A DNA stretch of 64,000 bases from Candidatus Poseidoniales archaeon (GTDB lineage Archaea > Thermoplasmatota > Poseidoniia > Poseidoniales > Poseidoniaceae), in the NCBI GenBank assembly GCA_038144595.1, contig JAYQOB010000007.1, forward strand, positions 251-64,250. The letters are read 5' to 3'. The notes under the pieces were generated by a model. The model searched no databases and was not told the origin of the DNA. It saw only the letters and a program-made list of their open reading frames with translations. Made by a program: the position numbers and the translations under genes. Shown in pieces: positions 48,417 to 60,700 of this stretch (its first letter is position 1; each line of letters begins with the position of its first letter).

Positions 48417-49018
48417 TCAAAGGTCATCATCGGTGATGTGATGCCCCATGCGTTCGCCCTTGGTGGCCAGGTAGTCTCGATTCTCTGACCCAACGCCCAC
48501 GATAAGTGGCGTACGAGCGGCGACGTTGATGCCGTAGGTGGTGAGTTGAGCCACCTTCTCGGGGTTGTTCGTGAGCAATTCCACGTCCACGACGCCCAGG
48601 TCTTCCAGCATGCGTGCTGCGATGGCGTAATTTCGCCCGTCAGCGGGCAGGCCCAACATCAGGTTTGCATCCAAGGTGTCCGCCCCGGCGTCCTGCAGGT
48701 GGTAGGCCTGGATTTTGGCGTGCAAGCCGATGCCGCGTCCTTCTTGACGCAGGTAGAGCAAGGCCCCCAACCTCGTTCAACGATGGCGTCCAAGGCGGCG
48801 TGGAGTTGGGGGCCACAGTCGCATCGGGTGCTGCCAAACACATCACCCGTCAAGCACTCCGAGTGGACGCGAATCAACACGGGATCGGGCCCGGTCATGT
48901 CGCCCAGCGTCAAGGCCACGTGGTCGAGGCCGGTCGTTTCCTCGTGGAACACTTCGATTTTGAAGTCCCCTCGTGAGGTTGGAAGCCACGCCATGCTGGG
49001 CACGTCGTCGTTGCTCAT
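48417..49018 (-). pseudogene. ribA: GTP cyclohydrolase II, single frameshift beside a C5/G5 homopolymer (likely sequence error)
   Basis: ORF 48659-49018 has [27 protein letters not shown] 48417-48770 has [20 protein letters not shown]...LLTNNP. The two frames meet beside the ccccc run at 48764-48768. Confidence 0.85.
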
Positions 49019-49269
49019 TGGGGCGCCACCTCGATCAGAAAACGAATCTCACCTTGGTGTTCGCCAACATGAAGCAAACGATGGGGTCCACGGCCGATGA
49101 GCATCGGCATGTCGTGCAGTGTTTCTGGGTCATCGGCCAGCACTTCCAGCACGGCCCCTTCGTCCAAGCCTTCGAGGGCTTCGCGTGTTTTGGCCACAGG
49201 GACCGGGCAGAGAAACCCGAGGACATCCAAACGGTGGGACGGTTGGAACCCCTCCGCCTCATGTGCCAT
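49015..49269 (-). CDS. TusA/SirA-like sulfur-carrier protein
   Basis: [42 protein letters not shown] has the CPxP active-site motif and typical length. Its stop overlaps the ribA start. Confidence 0.6.
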   Translation of the reverse strand: MAHEAEGFQPSHRLDVLGFLCPVPVAKTREALEGLDEGAVLEVLADDPETLHDMPMLIGRGPHRLLHVGEHQGEIRFLIEVAPQ

Positions 49270-49380
49270 ATGAGGGGGACTCGCTCCCATGTTTTGAACA
49301 CGCGCCTACCACCTGCGAAGCGTTGCGTCGAGGGTCCCGCCTCGGGAGAACTTTTCAACAGCCACCCGAAATCCCCCTCC

Positions 49381-50436
49381 ATGGCGGCGACGACCACGGC
49401 ACGTCCCGACGGAGACATGTCGTGGAAAGAGGTGGGCGAACTGGGTCTGCGGTACGGCCGCATTCCTCTGGCGCTCATCATCGTTGAAGCGTTCTATTGG
49501 TTTCTTACCATGCCGTCGGACACGCTCGCGCTCATCCAGGTCACTGAGGCTTGGATTTGGAACGAGGTGACGAACCTCTTCTACGGCGAGGGTTCAGCCG
49601 TCATCAGCCACCACAACGGTTGGCTGACCCGCATTGACCTGCAGCATCCCAATTTCCCCGGCCCCTACGACAGTGTTGGCCTCTATGTCTCCGATGAGTG
49701 CGCCGGCGTCCACGAGATGATTTTCCTGTCCACGTTGGTGATGATGACCGACGGCGTACCCCAGCGAGACAAACTCAAGGCCGTGGCCGTCATGTGCGGT
49801 ATCGTCTATGTTCTCAACATCCTTCGGCTCGTGGTGTTCTATCCCATCGCTGTCGATGCATGCACGGAGACGCCCAACGTCCAAGCCTGTTTAACGCCCA
49901 TGTGGCAGTGGCACGAAGCCGTCTACACCTGGGGCTTCTTGGCGGTCTTGGTCGGCATGTGGTTGGTGTGGTTCATCCGATTTGGCGGTCCTGCTCGTAC
50001 GCTTGCCGCCACCAAAGACGATCCCTCACCGTGGCGCTTCCAGCGCCGTCGCATGTGGGAAACCAAGCACAAAGCGCTGCTCGGTGCTGCGCTTCTGTTG
50101 TTCGTGTTGGCCATGACCAACATTTCAACCAACCAAGAGGCCATCGACGCCCGTGATACGCTCGCGTTCTGTGAATTCGCCAGCCAACTCTCTTCCGAAT
50201 GCGGCGATGCCCAGCAGCGCTGGGACGATGCCATTGGTTATGCCTGGTCCTTGTCGGCGCTCGGGCTCGTCTTGGGCGTGGGTTCCATGGTGGTGGTTGA
50301 ACGACCGCTGGAAGACGGAACGTGGCCGGTGCATACGGTGGCCGAGGCTCCTGGGGAAACCGTTGACGAGACCACCCGTGTGAAGAGCCACCACATCAAG
50401 AAAAAGGGGTCGTGGAAGCGACGAGAAGAAGAGTGA
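49381..50436 (+). CDS. archaeosortase/exosortase-family transpeptidase
   Basis: Internal Met of ORF 48973-50436. Polytopic. Candidate catalytic triad in family-typical context: Cys in YVSDECAGVHEMIF, Arg in VLNILRLVVFYP, His in WQWHEAVY. The subfamily cannot be assigned by eye. Confidence 0.65.
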   Translation: MAATTTARPDGDMSWKEVGELGLRYGRIPLALIIVEAFYWFLTMPSDTLALIQVTEAWIWNEVTNLFYGEGSAVISHHNGWLTRIDLQHPNFPGPYDSVGLYVSDECAGVHEMIFLSTLVMMTDGVPQRDKLKAVAVMCGIVYVLNILRLVVFYPIAVDACTETPNVQACLTPMWQWHEAVYTWGFLAVLVGMWLVWFIRFGGPARTLAATKDDPSPWRFQRRRMWETKHKALLGAALLLFVLAMTNISTNQEAIDARDTLAFCEFASQLSSECGDAQQRWDDAIGYAWSLSALGLVLGVGSMVVVERPLEDGTWPVHTVAEAPGETVDETTRVKSHHIKKKGSWKRREEE

Positions 50437-51867
<1,431 letters not shown>

Positions 51868-51923
51868 CGTTCGCCTCAGGGTTGTTCATTGGCCGCCGAG
51901 ACGGGGCGACCTCCACAGGATTC

Positions 51924-52178
51924 TCAGAAGTTGTCGCGGTCGGCGATCTCTTTCTGAAGTTCGCCCATCCAGTACCGGCGAGCGTTCTCGCGGTTGAGTG
52001 GTCGGCGCATTTGTCGAACATGCTCAAGGATGTATTGGCGGAATTTGAGGGCCTTGGAGCGGTTCACACCTTTGGGTGTGACGCCGTCCCAGAGTCGGTC
52101 AAATTGGAGTGCTTTGTCGTCGAATGGCCTGTCGTCATCCATCTCATACACCTCTTCAGCGACTTGCCGACCGTCCAC
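51924..52178 (-). CDS. small basic hypothetical protein
   Basis: 84-aa ORF between the HEAT-repeat and helicase genes on the same strand. No motifs. Confidence 0.3.
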   Translation of the reverse strand: MDGRQVAEEVYEMDDDRPFDDKALQFDRLWDGVTPKGVNRSKALKFRQYILEHVRQMRRPLNRENARRYWMGELQKEIADRDNF

Positions 52179-52211
52179 CTGTTCTTAACGCTGTTGCACG
52201 GGCACGCCGCC

Positions 52212-53582
52212 TCAGAAGTAGGGTTCGTCTTCGTCCGCAGGGAAATCGTCGTCATCATCGTGGTAGCCCATGATTTCGTCTTGTGTAGGTCTTCGCTCCG
52301 CCGGCGTAGGCGTTGAAGCAGGGGGTCGTGGAGCGTCAGGCGTTGTGGAGGGGGGGTGGTGTTCGGGCAGATCCCGCGGGCTCGGTTCTGTCGATGCCAT
52401 GCCGACGCGCTTGCCTTGGGCCATGAGCACCTCTTTGTCGATGTCAGGCACGGCCAGCGCAGGCGAGAGGCCAGCGTTCTTCTCGGCCTCGGTGCCCTCC
52501 AACATCGCGTCGTAGCGGTACTGCATGAGCGTCTCAACGAGCTTCTTGTCCGTCTCGGTTTTCAGCAAGTCGTCCACCAGGGCCCGCAGTTCTTCCTCGC
52601 CCATGAGCTTGGGGAGCAGTTCAACGCACGCCCGGCGCACCCGAACATCCGATGAACGAGCGCCTGCTAGGATGAGGTCTCGAGCACGGCCGTGGCCACG
52701 GTTGAGTCGCTGAATGGTCTTGATGGCGGAGAGACGCACGTCGGCATCGACGTCCGCAATGGCACGCTCTGCAAACATGGTTCCCATGCGCACGTCCTGC
52801 TGAGCGAGGCGAGGAAGGGACTTCGCGACCGTCTTGCGAACCTGAGCGTCCTCATCGTTGAGCGCCCACGAGACGAGGTCCCACACCGCAGAGGTCTTGC
52901 GGGAGACGATGGCGCTGATCATCTTGGCTGCTCGGCGGCGCAGATGGACATCGGACTCGAGCAGGAGGGAGTCAACATGGTCAGCCACGACGTCCGGCCA
53001 TGTTTTGGTCAACGCCTCCAATCCACTCCAGGCGGCTTGGCTGCGTTCTTTTGATGAGGAGCGAAGTTCATTCTCGAGGGAGGAACGAACACCTGACGGG
53101 AAGGTAGGGGCAGCACGAGCAAGCGCAGCACTGGCCGCCTTGCGAACACCCCCGTGCTCGTCATCGAGGAGCACCGACAGCCAGTCAAACAACTCATCTG
53201 AACGACGAACGGCAAACTCGGGCAGCACATCAAGCGCAGCGATGCGCACCGCTGGTTCCTCATCTTCGAAGGCCTTGAGCAGCAGGGCGTGTGCGGGCCG
53301 AATCATGTGCTGCGGTACGTGGCTGAGGCCTCGGACGCCGTGTTGCCTGCTCATGGTGAGCGTGTCGTTTTTCCAACGAACATCTCGCTGGTCGAGTGTT
53401 CCTTCGGCGAGGGACATGATGTCGTCGGGGTGAAGCGCACACCACGGCCCCTGAACCGGTTCGTACGACGCATCGACTTTGGTGGACTGGCTCACCTGAA
53501 TCGGCTTGCCCGTCCTCGGGTCTCGTGCGATGTACTTCTTGGCCATAAGGGTCCCATGTGCGCGCAATCCTCCATCCATCAA
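52212..53582 (-). CDS. HEAT-repeat (PBS-lyase-like) protein with an acidic/proline tail
   Basis: Repeated xVRxxAAxxL units (VRIAALDVLPEF, GVRKAASAALARA, VHLRRRAAKMI, AQVRKTVAKSLPRL, ADVRLSAIKTIQRL, VRVRRACVELLPKL). The likely start is MAKKYIARD (aa 13). Confidence 0.6.
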   Translation of the reverse strand: MMDGGLRAHGTLMAKKYIARDPRTGKPIQVSQSTKVDASYEPVQGPWCALHPDDIMSLAEGTLDQRDVRWKNDTLTMSRQHGVRGLSHVPQHMIRPAHALLLKAFEDEEPAVRIAALDVLPEFAVRRSDELFDWLSVLLDDEHGGVRKAASAALARAAPTFPSGVRSSLENELRSSSKERSQAAWSGLEALTKTWPDVVADHVDSLLLESDVHLRRRAAKMISAIVSRKTSAVWDLVSWALNDEDAQVRKTVAKSLPRLAQQDVRMGTMFAERAIADVDADVRLSAIKTIQRLNRGHGRARDLILAGARSSDVRVRRACVELLPKLMGEEELRALVDDLLKTETDKKLVETLMQYRYDAMLEGTEAEKNAGLSPALAVPDIDKEVLMAQGKRVGMASTEPSPRDLPEHHPPSTTPDAPRPPASTPTPAERRPTQDEIMGYHDDDDDFPADEDEPYF

Positions 53583-53642
53583 GAAGGTATGCTGGTTGAG
53601 CCTAGAAAAACTCTCAGCGGATGTTGGCCTTCATGCCTTGGC

Positions 53643-56600
53643 CTACGGCTGGTAGGGATGCCACTCATCTTGCGAGCCCTCGGTGCGGTACCAGTGGCCG
53701 TTGTCCGTCGAATACCATTCATAGCCGTGCTCGTCAACGGAGGTGGCCACGGTGTCCGGCGATGGTCCTGCATGGAGGGCTGATGGTGCGGGTGCATCCT
53801 TGACCTCGCCATCGTCCTCAGGGAGTTGGACCACGGCTTTGGTTTCCTCAACATCGGCCACCGCCGCGGTCAGGTCAAGAGGTGAATCATCCTTTCTTCC
53901 CGCCATTCTATAGATGGTGAGGCCGCCGAGAACGACGGCGAGCAACACGCCGACAACGGCCGTCATGACGCCACTGGATTCTCCAGCAACCTCCACGTTG
54001 TCTTCGCCCTCCGTACTCGGTTCGGAAGGGGCACGTTCCACCGTGAAGGTGTTCGTTTCGAGGATCAACGATGCATCGAACGCATCCTCAACCACGAGCG
54101 ACCACACCACGGTTTGATCAATGTCCAAGGTCGTGGCAGGCAAGGTGATGTGGATGGTGCCGTTGGCTCCACTTGGCAACACCAACGGTGCGTCGACCAG
54201 CAAACCTGCTGGTGCGCCTCCATCGATGAGGAAGCGAACGCTCACGTCGGCCCTCCCAGCGTTCTCCACCGCACAGGACAAGAGGCGCTGATCTTCCGTT
54301 GATTGGCTCGTAGCCTGGGTGGTCGTGCACTGATGGGGCGTGTTCAGACGCAAAGTAGTCGCTGAAGTCAACTTGCAGACTGGTGGTCTTGCATGCATCG
54401 GTGGCGACGCCATCGCACACGGTCAGGGTTGAATTGAACACGGGCACAACAAACCCTTCCAATTCAACGCTCCTGTTCGAACGGTCCGTTCGTGAGGTTC
54501 TCGGTGTACGTCCATGCCCCACTCTCATGGCTGAGGGTCAGGGTTGAGGTGCCGCTTCTGGTGGTGACATCACCCGTCAAGGACAGCGTTGTCGTGCCGC
54601 TTTGGGTCATGGACAGGTTGGCCGTGATGAGGGGTACGAGAAGTTCCAACAGGCCGTCGTGTCCAGACGCATCCGTGGCCGTGTTGCCTGCGTCGTCTTG
54701 AATCCACCAGTGGAGGTCGTAGGTTCCAGGCGTCCATCCCTCGGTCGAGAACACAAGGGTGGCGTTGGTGGCCTGGGTGGACAGGATGGTTTTGTTGGCG
54801 ACCTCCATGCCGTCGTGGAGCACAGCGATGCTGCCCTGATAGGTCTCATCGGTCGCTCCCGTCCATGCCAAGCTGACGGTCAGCGTTTCATTCGGTTCAA
54901 GCAACGTTGGATAAGAGACCTCGGTGATCGTTGGCCCTTCGGTATCCACAAGATGGACGATGGCGTCGGGACCCGCTTGCCAACCGTTCTCCACGGAAGC
55001 CATTAGACCGTCCGTTTCTGACATGAGGACTTCAATCTCCCATTCGCCCATGTCAAAACGAGCCGGTTGCCATTGAGCCATGTACGTCATGTTGGTTTCA
55101 TCCCACGTCAAGGGGAGGCCAAGTGCTTGGCCGTTGCCGTTGGGTGTCAGTTGAGCCACCACGTCGAGGTTGGAGCGATGATGGCGCTCACCTACGCTCA
55201 ACGTGATGTCTGCATCGTCAACACCCCAGGTCGAGGTGGTGCCTGTCGTACTGATGACGGTCGGTCCCGTCAGTGCAAACGAAGCGATGTCGGGTTGTGC
55301 GGGGTAGACCTCAACCTGATAGGTCGGTCGGGGCAACAATTCGTTTCCAGCAGCGTCGATGAGGCGGAAGGTCATGTTGAGTTGGTGTTCCGCATTGACG
55401 TCAAGCCCCTCGGTGTTGAGGTAGATGTAATACCCGTTGCGCCCGTTATGATGGAACATGGTTTGTGCTCCGGTGAATCCGTCCGCCTCTTCCCAGTCCA
55501 AACCGAGGAACTCCACGGTCAAATCATCCTCGCCTGCGACGTCGAACAGCACGATGCTGAACGTCTCATTGACACGAAGGTCTGGGAGTTGGACGATGCC
55601 CTGTCGATGCTGAACACTGGAGAGTTGCAGGTGCATAGGTGTCCGTCCAAGCAAAAGATGGGGTCGTCAATCTCGAAGGTGAAGGCAGGGCTTCCAACCG
55701 GCTGCGTGATGCCTGTCAAGCTGAGTCGATGCAGGGTTGATTGCCCGAAACACGAACCTGCGGTGAAGGTGTAGAAGGTTCCACAATCTCCCAGAATGGC
55801 ATCGTTGACGGCCCCGGTCAGGTTGACCGGCACCGACAACGACCAAGGCAGACTCAGGTGGTCGTACCAAACGTTGGTCGGCTGTGAAAAGTCCACGGCG
55901 AGGTCGTACGTGCTCCACAGGAGCCCGTGGCCGTCCGTCCACGTGCTCGATGGCGATTGGGCGGTCAGGTTTGCACGGTCGAGGGAGAGCATAACCCTCT
56001 GCTGCGCGTTCAACGGTATCACTCCAAACCGAGGTTCCACCGAGGTCGATGCCGGTGAGAGTGGCAGCGGAGCCGGCCTGCACTTCGTCCCATTGCATCC
56101 AGACCGTCAGGTCGTCGCTGAACATGGCGCCAGATGGAACGTCAATGCTGAATTGGGCTTGGCTTGACGTTCCCGTGTTGTTGACGGTCGTCGTGCGACC
56201 CACCGTGAGGCCACCGAGTCCCGGAAGGGTGGCTTGACCGTCGTAGGTGAATGCTGTCGACGTGAGCGTGGTCCACGTGGAGGTTTCCAGGCTAACAGCC
56301 GAGAGACTCGGGCTGGTGCTGCCCGTGCGTGAAAAGTTGTAATCGATTTGCAACCACCGGTGAGCGGGGATCCACTCGCCCGAGAGGGAGAGCGGCGCCC
56401 ATGGACTCCATTCATCGAACGAAGCATCGCTGCCGTTCACGGTGTAGCGGTACGTGGCGGTCAGTGAACCCGTGGCTGGGATGGTCGTCGTGTGTTGCAG
56501 ATAAGCGGGTGAGATATCGCCCGATTGTGTGTGAATTGGATGGGTTGTGAAACTGCCGTTGTTGGCCGTCGTGTTGCCGGTTGAGATGTAGCCGCCCCAG

Positions 56601-57830
56601 GTTGAAGTGGCAATCGTTCCTGCCGCACCTGCTGACCCCGAGTTACCGTCCACGCCGGTGCCGTACTTGTAGCCCAATGAGCCACCGGAGCCGCCTGCTG
56701 CGCTGACCGTTCCACCGTTGGTATAGCCGCCGGTTTGCGTCTTGATGACGATGCGCCCTCCTGCGCCACCGCCGCCACCATCGCCGCCATCGTACATGCC
56801 GAAACCGGGTCCGTTTTGGGCCCCGTTGGCACCGTTTCCGCCGGTACCTCCGTTCGCTGAAAGAATACCCGTGCTGGACAGGGAGAGGCTGTTGGCCTGA
56901 ATGAACACGGAGCCGCCAGATCCACCACCTGCACCTGAACCTCCGGCCCCGGTCCCGCTGGAGGCTTGACTGCCCGAATCGCCGTTTCCACCGTTGGCCT
57001 GAATGGTGCCGTTCACAATGACCTGGTCGGCAAAGATGCGAAGGTAGCCGCCACCGCCGCCACCGTTGGCTGCGCTGTGATAACTGCTGGAGACGCCGCC
57101 GCCTTGGCTCCCCCGCGTTCGGAGCCGTTGCCGTATGCCGAGCCACCAGAACCGCCGCCGGTTCCACCGCCAGCACCGCCAACACCACCGTGGCCAGCAC
57201 CGCCGCCACCGTCGTTTCGGCCGTTGGTCGCTGTGGTCGTGCTGGTGCCAGCACCAAGGCCCCCGGTGGCGACATCGTTGGCCAACATGGAGGTGCCTTG
57301 TTCGACGCGGAGGGTGTTGACGTAGAGGGTCAGGTCGCCCGTGGCAACGATGCTGCCGCACGAAGCAATGCCGCACAGCAGTTCGAGGGTGTCAAAGGCA
57401 TGCGTGCCCGTCATGCTGGTCGTACTGAGCACGGTGGAGGAGTTCGAGCCCGCTTGAGGGGGCCGGCGCTGGAAGAGACCAACTGGACGTTGGTTCCATC
57501 GTTGACCGTTGCATTGAGGGTGCCGTTGAGCAAGCCGGAAGCCACGGTGTAGGTCGTGGTGGTCGAGGTTTGTGTCCCTTCAAGGCTCAAGTTGACGCTG
57601 CCCTGTGTCATGCTGTACCCGAAATGAACGGGGACGGTCGGGGTGATGGGTGAACCCACCGTGCCCGAAATGGTCGTCATGCTCGACGTGAAGGTGGTGT
57701 CGCTGATGGCACCGGTGCGGTGAACCTCGCCGGCAGAGGATAAGGGATGAGGTGCCGGTGCAACCGAGAGCAAAATGCTGAGCAGCATGAGCGAGCTAAG
57801 GCTCAGGGCGCGGTGCTTGATGCGGTTCAT
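53643..57830 (-). pseudogene. giant surface protein with a glycine-rich beta-helix-like region, TM anchor and aromatic cytoplasmic tail; at least 6 frame disruptions as given
   Basis: Colinear pieces: signal peptide MNRIKHRALSLSSLMLLSILLSVAPA (57411-57830); GGGGAGHGGVGGAGGGTGGGSGG (57013-57432); GGGGGYLRIFADQVIVNGTIQANGGNGDSG... (lower part of 55667-57376); 55519-56040; 54464-55654; 54118-54528; 53643-54413, which ends with TM helix VMTAVVGVLLAVVLGGLTIY and the tail HGYEWYSTDNGHWYRTEGSQDEWHPYQP. Confidence 0.6.
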
Positions 57831-57912
57831 GGCCTCTCGTCATGAGGACCCACTATCAACTCTCCTCAAGCCTGTCGGCCCTTTTCCCGTCATGCAAACG
57901 ATTTAGGGGGAT

Positions 57913-58335
57913 GTGGCAGTGGTTCGGTTCATGAGCGAAGAAGGATGGACGGTTGAAGCAGCCTTGGCAAAACTACGAGAGGCGTTGAGCGAGAAGGGCA
58001 TGTCGGTCGACGACATGTTTGCTGCCTTTGACGCCGACAGTGACGGCACCATCAACGGACCTGAACTCCACTTCGGCATCAAGGACATGTTGGGCGATGT
58101 GCTCTCACCCGCTCACATTTCGGACATCATCGTGGCACTGGACGCTAACGAGGATAACCGCATCGATCTCGGTGAACTCCGTTCCTCCCTCAGCGAAGAA
58201 GAGGGACGTTTCGAGGGGCGCTACGGTATTGTCGTTTCGATGGGTTTGCAATTTGAGTGCCAAGTGCAGGAACGGTATTCGTGTCGACAACGAGGCGGAC
58301 ATGGGGTTCGCCAGGTTGGTTGGCCAGCAATTTGA
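57913..58335 (+). CDS. EF-hand calcium-binding protein (two canonical loops)
   Basis: DADSDGTINGPE and DANEDNRIDLGE loops with flanking helices. The last about 40 codons look non-coding, so the true stop may be earlier or the frame may be shifted. Confidence 0.6.
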   Translation: MAVVRFMSEEGWTVEAALAKLREALSEKGMSVDDMFAAFDADSDGTINGPELHFGIKDMLGDVLSPAHISDIIVALDANEDNRIDLGELRSSLSEEEGRFEGRYGIVVSMGLQFECQVQERYSCRQRGGHGVRQVGWPAI

Positions 58336-58372
58336 GTGCCAAGACATCTGCCACTCGTAGAGGAACAGAACG

Positions 58373-58830
58373 ATGGCCTTTTTGATTCTTCTTGTTGCAA
58401 CCCTCTCCCTTTCCGGATGTCGAAATGGAAAAGGCGACAACGAGGACCTACGAGGACATCGTCTACGCTTCAGGTCTCGCCCACACGGCCACAAGTTCGG
58501 AAGCCGAGCCCGTTTCGTTGACTCGACGTGTACTGTCCCAACACGAATTCAACCGACCGACGGGTGCTGATGTTCATCCACGGTGGTGGTTTCAAGGGGG
58601 GCATTAAGCACAAACCCGAAATCGTGGAGATGGGGAAGTATTTCGCCTCCCGAGGCTGGGTGTACGTCTCCATCGATTACAGGACCGCCGAGGAATTGGG
58701 TGACCTTGACGGAAAATCTCAGCAAGAGATCGTTGAGATGCTCGCTCCACCGATGATGCGTTTACTGGAGCCGAAGAGTAAAGCCGTTGCGATGTACACG
58801 GGCGAGTTCAGCGGCGCTCCGATTTGCCAA
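58373..58830 (+). pseudogene. truncated, frameshifted alpha/beta-hydrolase (HGGG-motif esterase) with a lipoprotein signal
   Basis: MAFLILLVATLSLSGC (lipobox) in one frame, TYEDIVYASGL... in a second, and RRVLMFIHGGGFKGG...WVYVSIDYR in a third (ORF 58528-58926). The catalytic GxSxG region is absent before the acd gene begins. Confidence 0.5.
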
Positions 58831-58861
58831 AGGTCAAAAGCCACCGTGAGGACGCAGTGTC

Positions 58862-60166
58862 ATGGCCAACATGGACATCGCCAACCCGAGCGAAGAACAC
58901 CAAATGTTGCGAGAGATGGTTCGTGAATGGACCCAAGAGCACGTTGAGCCTCAAGAACCTTCGGTGCTTGGAATGCTGTGGTTGATGGAAAACTGTTTGA
59001 CCGTGATGAAGAAGTTCAACCTTTGATTCGAACTTGTTCCTGCGTCTGCAGCATGGGCGAACTCGGTCTTGCATGGGCATCACCCGAGCGAAGAACACCA
59101 AATGTTGCGAAGAATACGGAATGGACCCAAGAGCCGTTGAGGCTTGGATGACCGTCGCCTGCGCAGCATGGGCGAACCATCGTGCACGAGGAACTCTCGA
59201 TGCCTCTGACCCTGGAACTTTGACCCTGGCGCCTATCTTGCCCACTCCATGCTGTTTGTCAACAACCTTGCCTACAACGGCAACGAGGAGCAGAAGGCTC
59301 GCATTCTCCCCAAGGTATGCTCGGGGGAGTGGATCGGCGCCATGGCCATGTCGGAGCCCGATGCAGGCACCGACGTGCTTGGTTTGTCCACCTCTGCCGT
59401 GCAGCGAGACGACGGCTCGTGGGTCATCAACGGCCGAAAGATGTGGATCACCAACGGCTGCATCGACGAAGAAGCCACACCCGCCGACGTGGTCTGGGTC
59501 TACGCCCGAACCGGTGAAGACGAGCGAGGTCGCGTGCAGATGTCGACCTTCCTCGTTGAGGCCGGCATGCCCGGCTACAGCGTCGGACAGAAGATCTACG
59601 ACAAGACCGGGATGCGTGCTTCCAACACCGCCGAACTCGTCTTTGACGACTGCATCGTGCCTGCCGGCAACTTGGTCGGCGGCGTCGGTGAATCGCTCAT
59701 TCACATGATGGGCAACCTCGAACTGGAGCGCCTGACCCTCGCTGCCATGGCGCTGGGCATCGGTCGACGTGCGCTCGACGAGATGAACCGCTACGCCACC
59801 GACCGAACCGCTTTTGGCTCCCCCATTCGAGACTTTGGTCAAATCCAGCGCTACATCGGCGAGAGCTGGGCCAAGTACCGCGCCATGCGGGCCTACATCT
59901 ACGACACGGCCAACAACCTGACCATCGGCTCAGCCGGCCAGCGCCTTGATTCCGACGGTGTCAAACTCTTTGCCACCACGGCGGCCAAGGAAATCGCCGA
60001 TGCGGCCATGCAGGTCATGGGTGGCTACGGCTACGTCGGTGAGTATCACGTTGAGCGCCTTTGGCGAGACGCCAAGCTCCTCGAAATCGGCGGCGGAACG
60101 CTCGAGTCCCACCAGAAGAACATCACGCGAGACCTGTTCAAAGACGGGGACGCTGTCAACCGATGA
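58862..60166 (+). pseudogene. acyl-CoA dehydrogenase (isovaleryl/short-chain type), N-terminal third scrambled
   Basis: ORF 59249-60166 is a clean ACAD C-terminal two-thirds (GEWIGAMAMSEPDAGTDV, MWITNG, GGYGYVGEYHVERLWRDAKLLEIGGGT). The N-terminus MANMDIANPSEEHQMLREMVREW starts at 58862. The region 58980-59250 changes frame several times and contains internal direct repeats. Confidence 0.75.
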
Positions 60167-60697
60167 TTTCTGACTCATCAGTGATGAGCCTCGAGGTGAG
60201 CAACACCACGATGGTAATCCCCAATCCGAGGACATAGAACGTCGACATCGTTCCAATGTTGTCCGTTGAGAGCAGCAGAGAAGGAACGTGGAGATGATGC
60301 CCGTAAAGAGGCCGAATTGAATCAATGTGGATCGACTTGGCTTGAAAACGGGTGCGACTTTTCCAATTTGACTGACCAAGTAGACGACCCAGAGACTGGT
60401 CCCCAAGGCCCAAGAGAAGATTTCTGCTGGATAGGTCGAGAGGAATAAGACGTCGCTGGAGCTTAACGCTTGGTCAAGTCCGGTGAGGAGACCAACCCAC
60501 AGCACGGAAACAAAGAGCAATCGCAGAACAGCAGGCTGACTGACAGAGACCTTGCGCTGCTGCGATGCAATGTGCGCTTTATCCTCATGGGCCAGCGCAG
60601 CGTAGGTCTTCTCAAGTTGATCGACCCTGTTTGACAGTGCATGCATTTGGTCGACCAAGTCCACCAAGATGTCGTGCTCCTCAGCCATCAGTGCCAT
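60156..60697 (-). pseudogene. membrane protein with an N-terminal coiled coil, one frameshift near 60270
   Basis: ORF 59930-60697 is protein-like only down to about 60280 (TM helices LRLLFVSVLWVGLL, LWVVYLVSQI). ORF 60156-60413 then supplies a final TM helix and stop. The lower part of the long ORF is antisense to acd. Confidence 0.4.
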
Positions 60698-60700
60698 TCG

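Noticed and set aside
48417-49269. Is a bacterial-type RibA (rather than archaeal GTP cyclohydrolase III) next to TusA a sign of horizontal transfer?
   Set aside because: The composition matches the surrounding core, and I cannot assess phylogeny without a search. It is not distinctive enough to report as a finding.
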